In this document: in pieces, positions 1-15,126 of the stretch
Numbering within the stretch: position 1 is the stretch's first letter
How the letters are laid out: each line of letters begins with the position of its first letter
Assembly (NCBI GenBank): GCA_951406725.2
Contig: OX597836.1
Coordinates: 8,680,001-8,744,000 of the forward strand
Direction of reading: 5' to 3'
Source: Octopus vulgaris
Taxonomy: Eukaryota
Length of the DNA: 64,000 bases
Translations under genes and position numbers: made by a program
Notes under the pieces: generated by a model
The model's input: the letters and a program-made list of their open reading frames with translations, nothing else
Databases searched by the model: none
Told to the model about the DNA's origin: nothing

Positions 1-124
1 AGATCTCGCAACCTTTCCCTTTGAACGGGTCGTCCGGGTCCGTTGTCGGGTTCGAGGCCAGCAGTTTCGGTGGGGTGTGGGTGTTGGGGGTGGTGAGGGG
101 GACAAGTCAGTGGCATCTGTTCCT
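1..124. other. Candidate exon fragment (GC-rich unique sequence at the window edge; strand unresolved)
   Basis: GC/CpG-rich unique stretch ending at TCCTGTAAGT (121-130). This reads as a + strand donor (CT|GTAAGT) or a - strand acceptor (TTACAG|GA). Open frames exist on both strands but no product is recognisable. Confidence 0.3.
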
Positions 125-251
125 GTAAGTTATTTTGTCGATGACAAAGGGACGGAAAGCAAAAGTGACCCCCGGCGGAATTTTGGACACGGATCGTAGA
201 GTCGGAAGAAATACCGCTACGCATGTTGTCCGAAGCGCTAACAAGTCTGCC

Positions 252-1075
<824 letters not shown>

Positions 1076-1089
1076 TCTTATTATTGTTA

Positions 1090-2003
1090 TTTCAAATTTT
1101 CACCACAAAGGCAGCTTGGGGGAGGTGGGCACGAGTCAATTACATAGACCCCAGTGTGCAACTGGTACTTAATTTCTCGACCCCGAAAGGATGAAACGTA
1201 AAGTCGACCTCGGCGGAATTTGAACTCAGAACGTAGCGACCGGCGCGAAATACAGCTAAGCATTTCGTTCAGCGCGCTAACGATTCTGTCAATAATAATA
1301 ATAATGATAATAATAATAATAATTATAACAATGGTTTCAAATTTTGGCACCAGGCCAGCAATTTCAGGTTAGGACACGAGTCGATTACATCGATCCCAGT
1401 AAGGATAAGAGGCAAAGTCGACCCTGGCGGAATTTGAACTCAGAACATAAAGAACCGGAAGAGCCTGAAGAACCTTTCTACTGAAATGAAATTTTGGGGA
1501 GAGGGGACTAGACGATAACATTGACCCCAGTGCTCGACTGCTAGTTATTTTATCGACTCCGAAAGGATAAAAGACAGGGTCGACCCCGGCGGAATTTGAA
1601 CTCAGAACGTAAAGACGGATGCCACCGCCTTAATAATTATCATAATTGTTTCAAATTTTGGTACAAAGCTATTGATTTCGAAGAAGGGGATAACTCGATT
1701 ACATCAACCCCAATACTCGGCTGGCACTTATTTTACCGCCCCCAAACCCCCAGTCCACCCCCGAAGGATAAACAGCAAAGTCACCCTCGGCGGAAGTTGA
1801 ACTTGGGACGTAAAGAAGGACAAAATGCCGCTAAGCATTTCCTCCGGGGCGCAAACGATTCTGCCATTTTGCCGCTTTGTCTTCGGTTAATAGCAGATCC
1901 AGCCAACCGGCGCAGAGTGCTTGCGAATGCAGTACCGGGCTTATTTGATCGACCCAGAAGGGGATGAAGGGCAAAGTCGACCTCGGCAGAATTTGAACTC
2001 AGA
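1090..2003 (-). mobile_element. Cluster of tRNA-derived SINE family A copies (about 5, partial)
   Basis: Repeated AAAGTCGACCTCGGCGGAATTTGAACTCAGAAC (reverse of B-box GAGTTCAAATTC plus conserved body) near 1200, 1415, 1580, 1780 and 1975. Confidence 0.88.
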
Positions 2004-2090
2004 CTGAACCTGGAATCATGTGGTTGGGTAGCAAGCTTCTTACCACACAGCCACTCCTGCGTTTCTATCTGGGTGCATATCAGTATCTAC

Positions 2091-2136
<46 letters not shown>

Positions 2137-2244
2137 GTGTGTATGCGTGTGTTTACTTGATTCCATGTTTTTGTTCAGGGCCTCGGGATGTCGAGGTGTG
2201 ACGGGTATTTGCTTCTTGTTAGAGACAGAGGGTATGTGATTAAG

Positions 2245-3330
2245 CTTGTAGTAGCAGTAGTAGTAGGTGGTAGTGGTGATGGTGGTGGCGGTGGTGGTGG
2301 TGGTGATGGTTGTGGTATGGAATGGCATTTGTAATTGTTGAGGTGGTGATAGGAATGGTGGTTGTGATGGTGACAGCGACAGGGTGGGTGGGGGTGTTGT
2401 CAGTGATGGTGTGGGTGGGGGTAGGGGTGATGGCAGTACTGGTGGTAGTTGTTGCGGTGGTGTTTGTGGCGGTGTTTGTGGTGGTGGTGGTGGTGGTGGT
2501 AATGGTGGTAGTGGTGGTGGTAGTGGTGGCGGTGATGGTAGTTGTTGCGGTGATGGTTGTCGTGATGTTGGTCACGACGGTAGTGGTGCTGGTGGTGGTG
2601 ATGGTAGTGGTGGTGGTAGTGGTGTTTGTAGTGATGTTGTTGTTGTTGTTGGTGGTGGTGGTGATGATAGTTGTGGTGTTGTTGTACGTATTGTTGTTGG
2701 TGGTGTTGATGATGATGGTGATGTTGGCGATGGTGGAGGTGTTTGAGTTATGGAATTTCCTGGGTCAGAGGAAGTGTAAGGAAGATTCGTGCTAACTGGT
2801 CCTTAATAGCGAAGAATTGGTGGAGGAGAAGGGGGGAGGAGGGGAGAGAAAGGGAGAGATAAAGAGGGTGGGAGGGAGAGAACGTGAGTGGGGAGTGAGA
2901 GAGAGATAGAGAGTGTGAGTGAATGAAAGAGTGGAAGAGAGTGAGAGAGTGAGAGGTACATAGAGAGAATGAGAGAGTGAAAAAGTGGGAGAAAAGGGAG
3001 AGAGAAAGGGAAGGAAGTGAGAGATAATGAGAGAGAGAGAGAAAGCAAGAGAGGGAGAGGCAGAGATTGAGAGTGGGAGAAGGTGCGAGATAGAGGGAGG
3101 GAGAGAGAAAGAGACAGTGAGAGAGTGAGTGAGTGAGCGAGGAGATAGTGAGAAAGAAAACGAAAGAAAGCAAGTAAGAGAGAGATTGAGAGGGAGAGAG
3201 AGAGAGAGATACAGAAAGAATAAAACAAAATTAGAGAGATAAAAAAAAGCCTAAAAGTTTCAAAAGACAAAACCAACAACAAAAACAGCAACAACAACAG
3301 CAACAACAATAGCAAACAACAAAGGCAACA
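2245..3330. repeat. Low-complexity (GGT/GAT/GTT)n, then a GA-rich purine tract and (CAA)n
   Basis: Directly visible; gives the poly-V/G/T and S/L-rich ORFs. Confidence 0.93.
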
Positions 3331-3664
3331 ATAGGCAGTGATGGTCACCGATTATTCAAATGTTATGTTGACAGGTTTCATTTATAATTCAATTTGTATT
3401 TTGTTAAGAAAAGCGAAAAGACGGGACTGGCACGGTTGGAAATAGCAAGCCTTTTTTCTTTATATATGACCACGTGAATAGAATCAGTTATAAACAGCTC
3501 TTGTTATTGTTGTTGATGTTGTTGTTGTAATGGTTGTTGTTGTCGTTACTGCTGCTGCAGAAGACTGAATTCGGCAGAATCGTTAGAGCCTTGTACTAAC
3601 ATCTTTCTTCAAAATTTCAGCCATTTTATATTTTTGGTGGGGAAAAAAACGTTGTTTATTGGAA

Positions 3665-4745
3665 TATGGGCGACTTGGCCGAATCGTTAACACGCCCGAC
3701 GGACAAAATATTTCGCAGCATTTTCGACTTGAGTTCAAATCCGCCGAGGTTAACTTTTCGAGATTGATAAGACACAGTAACAATTATGTAGTGGCATCGA
3801 TGTTTCAAAAAAAAAATTTTTTGAAAGCATTATTCTGAAAGAATCGAAGGCGGTGAGATGGCAGAAGCGTTAGCGCACCAGGCGAAATGCTTAGCGGCAT
3901 TTCGTCCGTTAAGGTGAGCTGGCAGAATCGTTAGCACCTCGGGCAAAATGCTTACCGGTATTTTCTCTGCCGCTACGTTCTGAGTTCAAATTTCGCCGAG
4001 GTCGACTTTGCCTTTCATCCTTTGGGGGTCGATTAAATAAGTACCAGTTACGCACTGGGGGCGATATAATCGACTTAATCCGTTTGTCTGTCCTTGTTTT
4101 GTCCCCTCTCTGTTTAGCCCCTTGTGGGTAGTAAAGAAATAGGCATTTCGTCCGTTTTCAGTTTCTGAGTTCAAATTCCGCCGAGGTCGACTTTGATTTT
4201 CATCCTTACGGGACCGATAAAATAAGTACCAGTTGATACAATCGACTTACTCCCTCACCCGATATTGCAGGCCTTGTGCCGAAATTTGAAATCATTATTA
4301 TGGAAGTGTCAAGACGGCGAGGTGGCAGACTCGTTAGCACACCGGGCTAAATTTTTAGCGGTATTTCGCAGGTCGCTACGTTCTGGGTTCAAATGCAGCT
4401 GAGATCGATTTTGCTTTTCATCCTATTCGGAACCAATAAAATAAGTAATCGTTGAGTACTGGAGATCGATGTAATCTATTGAACTTCTCCCCACTAAATG
4501 TCAGGCCCTGTGCCTGTTGGTGAAAGAATTGTTGCTAGTGTTACAGTGAAGGCGGCTAGCTGGACGGATCGTTATTGCACCGGACTCAGCGGCATTTGGT
4601 CCCGAGTTCAAATTCCGCCCAGGTCGACTCTGCCTTTCATCATCTTCGAATCGATAAAAAAAAACAAAAAAAAAACAGTCAAGAACTGGAAATGATGGCA
4701 TTGACTACGCCCCTCCCCTCAAAATTGGTGCCTTGGTACTAAGAT
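3665..4745 (+). mobile_element. Cluster of SINE family A copies
   Basis: Heads GG(C/T)GAGCTGGCAGAATCGTTAGC (A-box-like) with B-box GAGTTCAAAT and body GTCGACTTTGCCTTTCATCCTTT..GGGTCGATAAA.TAAGTACCAG; best copy 3911-4290. Confidence 0.9.
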
Positions 4746-4910
4746 CTTAAACCATTATCGCTATTTTCCTGTTATTAAAAATGACGAATTTCTAGACTAC
4801 TACTACTACTACTATATATACATATACATACATACACACAAACATATACATAGATACATATACATATATATTATATATATATATATATAATATATATACA
4901 TATATATATA

Positions 4911-4959
<49 letters not shown>

Positions 4960-5584
4960 ATATATTACATTATATTTGCGAGGATATTTTAGCTTGATAC
5001 ATATTTTGACTATATTATTTGTGTGTGTGTGTGTGTGTATACATAGACTTTCTACTAAGTGGAGGGTGTTGTATATTTGTAGTTGTAGTAGTAGTAGTGG
5101 TAGCAGTAGTTGTTGTTGTTGTTGTTGTTGGTGTTATTGTCTAAATGCCTGCCTTCTTAAATATTTGCCTGTGTCTAACCGCTGCGGAGCAGATGAAAGA
5201 TGTGTTTAGATCTGTGAAGAGAACAACTTCTTCCATCCGTCAACAACAGCTGCTTCCGTCCACACATATTATTGTCTGTTTAATGTTTTCCAGACACAGA
5301 TCCGCTCCGCCATCTACCGACAAGTGAAGTTTGTCTGTGTGTCGATAGGAGCGAACAGTCAACGTAAAACAGTCAACGTAAATCAGTTAGTTACATGACC
5401 TTCTAGAAATAGCAGCTAAGTCGCCTCCAGATTACAAGCCTACTGTCTTTAGTACAGGGGGAATTGGTTTCTGTCGACATGAGCTAGCTTAAAAGCCGCC
5501 CGATAATCATATTTTCTTTATTAAAGGAAAAAGACTGGTTTGTGTCACCATCGATATGACGTACATAAACGGAATACATAAGAC

Positions 5585-5777
5585 CAGATGGCTCCGACAG
5601 GGTTGGTGGCGATCCCTGCTGTACTCTTTCGCCACAACTTACTCTCACTCTTTCTTCTCTTGGCCTGCTCACTTAGCCAGCGGGGTGGCGTCATTTGAAG
5701 GCTAAAACAATGCGAAGCGCATTGTGACCAGCAATGTGTAGCAATACTGATAGCTTTGGTCGGTCACGGTGATCACG

Positions 5778-5781
<4 letters not shown>
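5585..5781 (+). mobile_element. SINE family C, 3' part
   Basis: Matches the reverse complement of 13604-13800; ends in tandem CACGGTGAT and then (AT)n. Confidence 0.85.
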
Positions 5782-5839
<58 letters not shown>

Positions 5840-5884
5840 TATATATATGTATATATACATATATGTATATATATATATATATAC

Positions 5885-5927
<43 letters not shown>

Positions 5928-5987
5928 TGTATATATATGTATATATACATATATGTATATATATATATATATATATATACATACATA

Positions 5988-6023
<36 letters not shown>

Positions 6024-6154
6024 CACATATATATATTGTGTGTTTACCTCTTCATCGAAGTTGATGATGGAATTTTGAGTATATTATGTAAAAACTGTAA
6101 CCTCTTTGAAAGTATTAAAACTTGTCGCTTTACTTGTTTATTCAGAGGTACACA

Positions 6155-6251
<97 letters not shown>

Positions 6252-6277
6252 GTGTATATATGTATAAATAAATCATA

Positions 6278-6528
6278 AATGTTTCCTTCTCGAGCCATGC
6301 TAGGCTCATAAAGGCCAGTTTCCCAGTTTCCATGGCGTATAAATTCCCCCACCTGGACAGGACGCCGGTCTGTCGCAGGGTTACTCACTTTTGCCAGCTG
6401 AGTGGACCGGAGCAAAGTGAAATGAAGTGTTTTGCCCCAGAACACAACGCTAAGCCCGGTTCATGAATTGAAATCACAATCTTACGATCATGAATCGAAC
6501 ACCTCAACCACTATGCCACACGCCTCCA
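6278..6528 (-). mobile_element. tRNA-derived SINE family D (CORE-like body)
   Basis: Minus strand head GGAGGCGTGTGGCATAGTGGTT..GATTTCAATTC, then GTGTTCTGGGGCAAAACACTTCATTTCAC (CORE-like). A second copy lies at 32497-32680. Confidence 0.8.
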
Positions 6529-7401
6529 CTACATACATACATACATACATACCTACATACATACATACATACATACATGCATGCATGCATGCATACATAC
6601 ACACACGCGCACACACACGCGCGCACATACACACACGCGCACACACACGCGCGCACATACACACACACATATATAGATAAACATATACATAAATATATAT
6701 GTATATATATATATATATGTATATCTATACATACACACGTATATATATATATGTGTGTATGTATGGATACATGTATGTATATATGGATACATATATGTAT
6801 GTATGCATGTATGTATTCATAATTACGTACATACATACAGACAGACAAGCAGAGTAGAAAAATTCCGATCTTATTGTCTCCTGTCCAAAGTATGAACTTA
6901 ATTACAGGAGAAATTATTAAAGAATGAGACAAAATGAAGGAAAAATTTTAACCGACATTGTGATTAGGAATTTTAATTTATATGGTGATTATAGAATGTA
7001 TTTTCCAAATTTGATATTTTTTAAAAAACATATCAGAATTCTATAATCATTATAGAATTTCTGTTTGCAGTTAAGTTCATACACGGAATGGAAAGAACGG
7101 AAATCGGAAATGTTCTCTATTCTCGTAAATACACGGGCCACCCCAGATTCACTACAATATATATATATATAGCAGTGATCTACTGGGTTTATTTCATTCC
7201 TTCAGATGATATGTAGGCATATATACAGCTGTACGGCTTTCTTACTGAAACAAACAGTTATGGCGGTAGATTAACACAATTGCCTCACGGAAAAAAAACA
7301 ACATGATAACCAATTAAAACAGATACTTGTACGTACATACATGAATGTATGTATGTATGTATGTATGTATGTATGTATGTATGTATGTATGTATGTATAT
7401 G

Positions 7402-7434
<33 letters not shown>

Positions 7435-7492
7435 ATACATACATATATATGCATATATATGTATGTATATAAATATATATATGTATAATTGG

Positions 7493-7537
<45 letters not shown>

Positions 7538-7862
7538 TGTTTATATATATATATATAACTGGTTATCATTATTTTTCCATGATGTGGATGCTATAAATTT
7601 TCAAATTAACATAAATCATATTGTTTTCATATGTCACAGAAGAAAAAAAAAAACAAAAAAATTGTATTTCCTGAATAAATCATAAAAAATAGTCAAAACA
7701 GATTGCAGCACTTGAGGAGCAGTACGTAACTTTAAAAAACTATTGTTTCGCTTTTGTTATCTCATTAGAACTTCCAGCAAATAATTGTAAGACATCGTTT
7801 TAAACACATCCGTATATTGTAGATATATGTCTAAATTAAACAACAAGGCATGCAGGTATTTA

Positions 7863-7971
<109 letters not shown>

Positions 7972-8004
7972 TATTTTATATATGTATATATATATACATA
8001 CACA

Positions 8005-8066
<62 letters not shown>

Positions 8067-8324
8067 TATGTATATATATATAAATTATAAATACTATTAC
8101 AATACATATATGTATATATATATACATATATGTGTGAGTGTATGTATATGTATATATAAATATGCGTACATATATAAACACACATATTGGTGTATGTATA
8201 ACTTAACGTACACGTATATATCGGTGTGTGTATATACGTGTGTAATTGTTTATGTATGTGCGTGTGCATCTTTGTAGCATAATTTTCATACATATTTCAA
8301 AGTGAATATAGGGATAAACACACT

Positions 8325-8808
8325 AACACACACAAACACACACACACACACACATACATACATACATACATACATACATACACACACACACGCATACATA
8401 CATACATACATACATACATACATACATACACACATACATACATACATACATACATACATACACACATACATACATACATACATACATACACACACATACA
8501 TACATACATACATACATGCATGCATACATACATACATACATACATACACACACATACATACATACATACATACATACACACATACATACATACATACATA
8601 CATACATGCATGCATACATACATACATACATACATACATACATACATACATACACACACACGCATACATACATACATACATACATACATACATACATACA
8701 TACATACATACACACACACATACATACATACATACATACATACATACATACATACATACATGCATATATACATACATACATACATACATACATACATACA
8801 CACACACA

Positions 8809-8836
<28 letters not shown>
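8325..8836. repeat. (CATA)n/(CA)n compound microsatellite
   Basis: Directly visible; source of the HTYI/MYVC ORFs. Confidence 0.98.
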
Positions 8837-8839
<3 letters not shown>

Positions 8840-9076
8840 TCTTTTATTCTTTTATTTGTTTCAGTCATTTGACTGCGGCCATGCTGGATCACCGCCTTTA
8901 GTCGGTCGTGCAAATCGACCCCATTACTTATTCTTTGTAAGCCTAGTACTTATTCTATCGGTTTCTTTTACCGAACCGCTAAGTTACGGGGATGTACGCA
9001 CACCAGCATCGGTTGTTAAGCGATGTTGGGGGGGGGGTGTGAAACAAACACAGACACACAAACATATACGCATACA

Positions 9077-9107
<31 letters not shown>

Positions 9108-9389
9108 GTCTAAATTAAACATACATACATACATACATACATGCATATGTATATATATATATATATGTCTATGTGACTGCGTCTGTACTGTTGGCGATTT
9201 TTTTCTTCCGTCTTCCCTTCCTTGGATCTTTCCTTTTCCTATGTTTCTGACGAAGAGCTCCGCTAAAACGTTAAATCTTCCTTCTTTCTTTCCTTTCCTG
9301 AGCGTCCAATAACACTATACTTGTTCCACGTCCTCGCGTTGTTGTGTTTTCTCTTTGTGTTTTCATGTTTGGATTAACTGTTTATATAA

Positions 9390-9454
<65 letters not shown>

Positions 9455-9610
9455 CGACGGGCTTCTTTCAGTTTCCGTCAACCGAATCAACTCACAAGGC
9501 TTTGGTCAGCCCGAGGCTATAGTAGAAAACACTTGCTCAAGGTACTACGCAGTAGGACTGAACCCGGAACCATGCGGTTGGTGAGTATGCTATTTACCGC
9601 ACAGCCACTC
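8840..9610 (-). mobile_element. SINE family B (CORE-like) split by microsatellite and a nested insertion
   Basis: 3' half at 8840-9060 (TTTCAGTCATTTGACTGCGGCCATGCTGG) and 5' half at 9455-9610 (GGACTGAACCCGGAACCATG), separated by (CATA)n/(TA)n and the 9175-9380 element. Confidence 0.85.
9175..9380 (+). mobile_element. Short non-autonomous element with a degenerate minimal hammerhead motif
   Basis: GTTT-CTGACGA-A-GAGC-TCC-GCT-AAAA-CG-TT-AAAT at 9243-9276. A homologous copy is inverted at 12605-12770. Flanked by TA-rich repeats. Confidence 0.6.
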
Positions 9611-9958
9611 ACAGAGAGAGAGGGAGAGAGGGAGAGAGAGAGAATGAGACAGAGAGAGAGAGAGAGAGAGAATGTTCGCTTTTATGTTCAGTTATCATAA
9701 CAATTTTACATTAATCTGATGGTGTAGTCCATACTTTTTGTAGAGTACAATTTTATTATTCTTATCGAAGTATGTTGTTGACAGTGACTTCGAAGCTTCG
9801 GCCAGCTAAGCCATGGTCGGACTGCATATGTATGGGATTGGTCAAGAGATGCAGACACCACCTGATGAGAGTCCAATAAGTTCCGAAATTTGATTATCGC
9901 TATTCCTCATTCTTTTCAATCTTTTAAAATTTACCATGCTTGTATTTCTTCTACGCCG

Positions 9959-10027
<69 letters not shown>

Positions 10028-10402
10028 TATAATTAGAAGCTGTAGTGTTTCCATGTTTATCAACGATCGTCAGCAAAGGTGAAAGTTCAGACGATAAACG
10101 AAAGGTGTCCAAAAGCCGTTCACTAATAACCGGGACGAAATCCTTGCCTGTGCCATTTTGATTCTTTATAGAACTTCTGGAATGTCAAGTTATATATTTC
10201 AGAGTGAAATGACACAGGCAACCATTTCGTCCGGACCATTTTTGGAATATTTTTTAAACACCTTTCTTTTATCATTTGATCTTCTGCCCTCTACCGATGG
10301 CTTGCTGATAAGCATGAAACCGCGGATTTGTATTAAATCTCACTCCCCACATCTCTCTCTCTCTCTTTCTCAAGTGTGAATGCATGTAATATATACACAT
10401 AC

Positions 10403-10449
<47 letters not shown>

Positions 10450-10722
10450 AATATACAGACGCACACACATATATATATATATATATATAGTTATATATGT
10501 ATAAATGTATAAATACGCATACAAATATACACTCATACACACATATTTGTATATGCGTAGATATTTCCTCACTCAACAAATGCATGACTATGAGTATGTT
10601 TGTGTGTTTGTGTGTGTTTGTGTGAGTGTGTTCTGTTCGTGTGGGTATCTGAAGAGGGTGGAGAGGGGCGTTCGTATGTCTGTGAATGTAAAGTGGGATT
10701 AAGAAGACCGTAGTGATACATA

Positions 10723-10756
<34 letters not shown>

Positions 10757-10866
10757 TATATATGTATATATATATATATGTTTATATATGTGTATATATA
10801 TGTATATATGTATGTATGTTTGTGAATGAGAACTTGTTAATGCAGATATACATCATATATGCATAC

Positions 10867-10984
<118 letters not shown>

Positions 10985-11038
10985 TACATATACATACATA
11001 CATACATACATACATACATACATACATACATACATACA

Positions 11039-11108
<70 letters not shown>

Positions 11109-11430
11109 TATACATGTACACACACACGTATGTAAACAAAACATGGAAAACAAAGGTGATAGACAATCTGTTAAGCGGCATTAAAATATGAGGAGGAAAG
11201 GCGGGGCTGATGTTGCTGTTGTTGATGTGGTAGAGTTGGAGTTGGAGATGGCAGAGATGGTGGTGTTGGTGTTGGTGTTGGTGTTGGTGGAGGTGGTGGT
11301 GGTGGTGGTGGTAGCAGCGAGCCATGGCACGGCGCTGTTGGTGTTAATTGTCGTGGTATCTCTCTGGCTGTAATTTGTAGGGTTAATGGTTCGTGTTGAT
11401 GGTCGGGTAGCGGTGATGGTATGCACCTAC

Positions 11431-11570
11431 CCGTCCCCGCGTTCCACCCCACGCCCACCCACCCCACACCCCACCCACCCCACCCCGCCATAAAGCCCGT
11501 CGACGAAACACCGAACGCCATTAGCGTGGCCTCTTGAGTTTTTACTATTTCTGTAATGTCTGACAATCTC
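11431..11570 (-). other. Candidate 140-nt exon or regulatory island
   Basis: Minus strand TTTAATGCCCCCAG|GAG...ACGG|GTAGGT with two open frames; unique sequence; no recognisable product. Confidence 0.25.
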
Positions 11571-11745
11571 CTGGGGGCATTAAACGAACATTTACTCCCC
11601 ACCGTCTCGATCCACCCGTTCATCCACCCCGCTTCTCACTACTTCTCTCTCTCCCTCTCTCTCTTATCTAAATGCTGGAGACACGCAAGCACACACAGTA
11701 ACTAAAATTTGCCAGGAGTGAAAACAGATAAGTTGTTTGCTATTC

Positions 11746-11786
<41 letters not shown>

Positions 11787-11859
11787 CATTAGTAGTAGTA
11801 GTAGTAGTAGTAGCAGCATTTGTCTTACCATTAGTAGCAGCTACACAAGTAGTAGTAGC

Positions 11860-11910
<51 letters not shown>

Positions 11911-12304
11911 GGTGGTGTTAGTAGTAGTAGTAGTGGTAGTGGTACTGATGGTGGTGGTGGTGGTGGTGGTGGTGGTATTGCGTTGATATGACTTTAGATG
12001 AAACCACCATAGCAAGAACGGAAATTCGATGGAGGGTAAGGGGGTGGGGTGCAGAGAGAGAGAGAGGAAGAGAAGGAGAAAGAGAGGGAGAAAGAGAGAG
12101 AAGAGGAGAGAGAGAGTAGGAGGAAGATTCTGGCGATTGTCGTACCGATGGTGGTGGGCGTGGTGGTGGTGCTGGTAAGGGCGTCGGTCGTCATCGTCGT
12201 AACGGCGGATGATGGCAATGGTTGCGCTAGGTGTAAGAATGGTGAGGGTGACGGCAACTCTTCTGGTGCTGGTGATGATGATGATGATGATGACGTATTA
12301 TTAA

Positions 12305-12585
12305 TACTTATTTCATCGACCCCGAAAGGATGAAAGGCAAAGTCGACCTCGGCGAGATTTGAACTCAAAACATAAGGTTGCACAAAATGTCGCTAAGCAT
12401 TTTTGTCCGGCGTGCTGACAACTCTGCCAGTTCGCCACCGCCTTTACAATAATAATAAAACTTTCTACTAAAAGCCCAAGGTTTGAAATTTTGAGGGACG
12501 GGAGGTGGGGGGCAGTCGATTACATCGACCCCAGTGCTCAACAGGGGAAAGGCAAAGTTGACTTCGGTGGAATTTGATCAGAACG
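12305..12585 (-). mobile_element. SINE family A copies (two partial)
   Basis: CCCGAAAGGATGAAAGGCAAAGTCGACCTCGGCGAGATTTGAACTC and head reverse complement CTGCCAGTTCGCCACC. Confidence 0.85.
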
Positions 12586-12604
12586 TTTATATATATATAT
12601 ATAA

Positions 12605-12767
12605 AGTTAATCCAAACAAGAAAACAAAAAAACATAATAACGCAAGGACGTGGAACAAATAAAGTATATATATTTCGAGCGGAGCTCTTCGTCGGAAACA
12701 TAGGAGAAGGAAAGATCCCGAGAAGGGAAGACTGAGGAAAAAAAATCGCCGGTGGTACTCACGAGGT

Positions 12768-12770
<3 letters not shown>
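12605..12770 (-). mobile_element. Second copy of the 9175-9380 hammerhead-motif element
   Basis: Minus strand GTTT-CCGACGA-A-GAGC-TCC-GCTC-GAAA (12699-12673); shares TTGTTCCACGTCCT.GCGTT and TGGATTAACT with the first copy; (TA)n on both sides. Confidence 0.65.
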
Positions 12771-12826
<56 letters not shown>

Positions 12827-12918
12827 GTACATATGTGTGTGTGTGTGTGTATAGAGAGAAAAACAATCAAATGGATTGAAAGACAGACCCAGAACGGTGC
12901 GTACGCGTATATATATAT

Positions 12919-13024
<106 letters not shown>

Positions 13025-13603
13025 TAGTGTGTGTGTATGTTTGAATGTATGTATGTATGTGTGTATGTATGTTTGAATGTATGTATGTATGTGTGTATGT
13101 ATGTGTGTATGTATGTATGTATGTACATATGTATGTATGTATATATGCATGTATGTGGGTATGCACGCGCGCGCTTGTGTGTGTGTGCGCGTGTGTGCAT
13201 GTGTTCAGCTTGCTGTCAGTTCATTCACATATTCTTTAGAGGAAGGTAAACAGTTGCACGAGAACAACAACAACAACAACAGCAACAACAACAACGAGTT
13301 ATTTAGCTCCCTTTAGAACTGATCAAAGTATTTCATGATATGCTTGAGTTGTTGTTTCAAGTTGCTAGACCGTGACGCAAGGTGGAGCCACATACAACGA
13401 GTTAGCAACTTCACTGTTATCGTTTAGATTTCAGCGAATTCATTTAGTCTTTTGTTGTTCTTGTTGTTTGTGTTCCGACTAATTCGTTTGTCCTATTTCA
13501 ATATCATGTATATATATAATATATATTAATAATAACAAAATAATAAATAGAACATATGCATACATACATACATATATGTACGTACCTACATTTATATGTA
13601 TAT

Positions 13604-13914
13604 ATCACCGTGATCACCGTGACCGACCAGACTATCAGATGTTGCTACACATCGCTGGGCACAATGCGCTTTGCATTGTTTTAGCCATCAAATGACGCCA
13701 CCCCGCTGGCTAAGAGAGCAGGCCAACAGAAGAAAGAGTGAGAGAAAGTTGTGGCGAAAGAGTACAGCAGGGACCGCCGCCAACCCCTGCCGGAGCCTCG
13801 TGGACTTTTAGGTGTTTTCGCTCAATAAACACACACAACGCCCGGTCTGGGAATCGAAACCGCGATCCTACGACCGCGAGTCCGCTGCCCTAACCACTGG
13901 GCCATTGCGCCTCC
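13604..13914 (-). mobile_element. Full-length tRNA-derived SINE family C
   Basis: Head GGAGGCGCAATGGCCCAGTGGTTAGGGCAGCGGACTCGCGG..GGTTTCGATTCCC (A and B boxes), non-tRNA body, CACGGTGAT-type tail. Confidence 0.9.
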
Positions 13915-13930
13915 ACAATATGTATATATA

Positions 13931-14188
13931 TATATACATGCATATATGGGTACAGGACACCACAAATAAACGTAGAACACAACGAGAAACGAAAACATAA
14001 AATCAAACAAGGAAACGGACATTTTTCAAACAACGAAAAAACAGAGTAAAGACAAACAATACAAGGAAAATTCCCCTTCTTCAGAAAAAAGTCCGTTTCC
14101 ATGTTTTTGTTTTTATGTTTTCGTTTCTCATTGTGTTCTACGTGTTTTTTTTTTTGGTGTCCTGTACCCATATATGCATGTATATATA
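13931..14188. repeat. Inverted repeat (about 90-bp arms, 70-bp spacer) of a dispersed element
   Basis: 13931-14020 is the approximate reverse complement of 14091-14188; related single arms at 29230-29395 and 42830-42992. Confidence 0.85.
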
Positions 14189-14502
14189 CATATAGATGTA
14201 GGTATGTACATATATGTATGTATATATGCGTATGTTTCATTTATTATTTTGTTATTATATGATCGAACGCCTCGCATCCACTTCCAAGTAATATATATAT
14301 ATAAGGTGTGCAGGCTTTGCCGTGTTATTAGAAGATCGCTTTGCAACCACGTGATATCGAGTGCTACCCAACTGTGCGGCACCTAGGGTATGTGTCCTCT
14401 AGTCTTGGTTAGCCCATAGGCCGGAGCCGATCGAAGCCTTGTGAGTGAAATTGGCAGACGGAATCTGTATGGAAGCCTATTGTATAGTGTGTGTGTGTAT
14501 GA

Positions 14503-14587
<85 letters not shown>

Positions 14588-14845
14588 CATGTGATATGTC
14601 TGTGCTTTTGTGTCGGAAAACGGCAAAACAGTCAATGAAAATGTCCATGGTGGAATGAAGATATGCATCATCGTGGATGGTAAGCTTTCTGAACACCTAT
14701 TGCAAGAGGCGCCCATCGTTGCCGTGTTCTCTGTAAGAGAGCGTATGTCTCTGGCAAGACTGAAAATCCGTATTTGTGTTTCATGTCTAAGAAAGCAATT
14801 AAGCGATGCCATTGCTTCAAATCGAGTTGCAACCATCAAATATGC

Positions 14846-14966
<121 letters not shown>

Positions 14967-15015
14967 ATATATATATATATATATGTACACACACATATAT
15001 ATATGTACGTATATA

Positions 15016-15126
<111 letters not shown>

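Noticed and set aside
2310-2795. Hydrophobic poly-Val membrane protein or Gly-rich protein ORFs
   Set aside because: Degenerate (GGT)n repeat open in several frames on both strands.
7195-7245. Further hammerhead-like strings (here, near 7735-7770, 9862-9895, 16318-16345 and 20190-20260)
   Set aside because: Multiple core mismatches or no drawable stems; could be chance in AT-rich DNA.
13840-13914. tRNA-Arg-like gene (also 63745-63815, 32500-32565 and the SINE A heads)
   Set aside because: A and B boxes are present, but the acceptor stem is not intact and each runs into a shared SINE body, so these are SINE heads.
14625-14835. Possible RT fragment ([16 protein letters not shown])
   Set aside because: One weak motif without the adjacent QG or DD motifs; too little to call.
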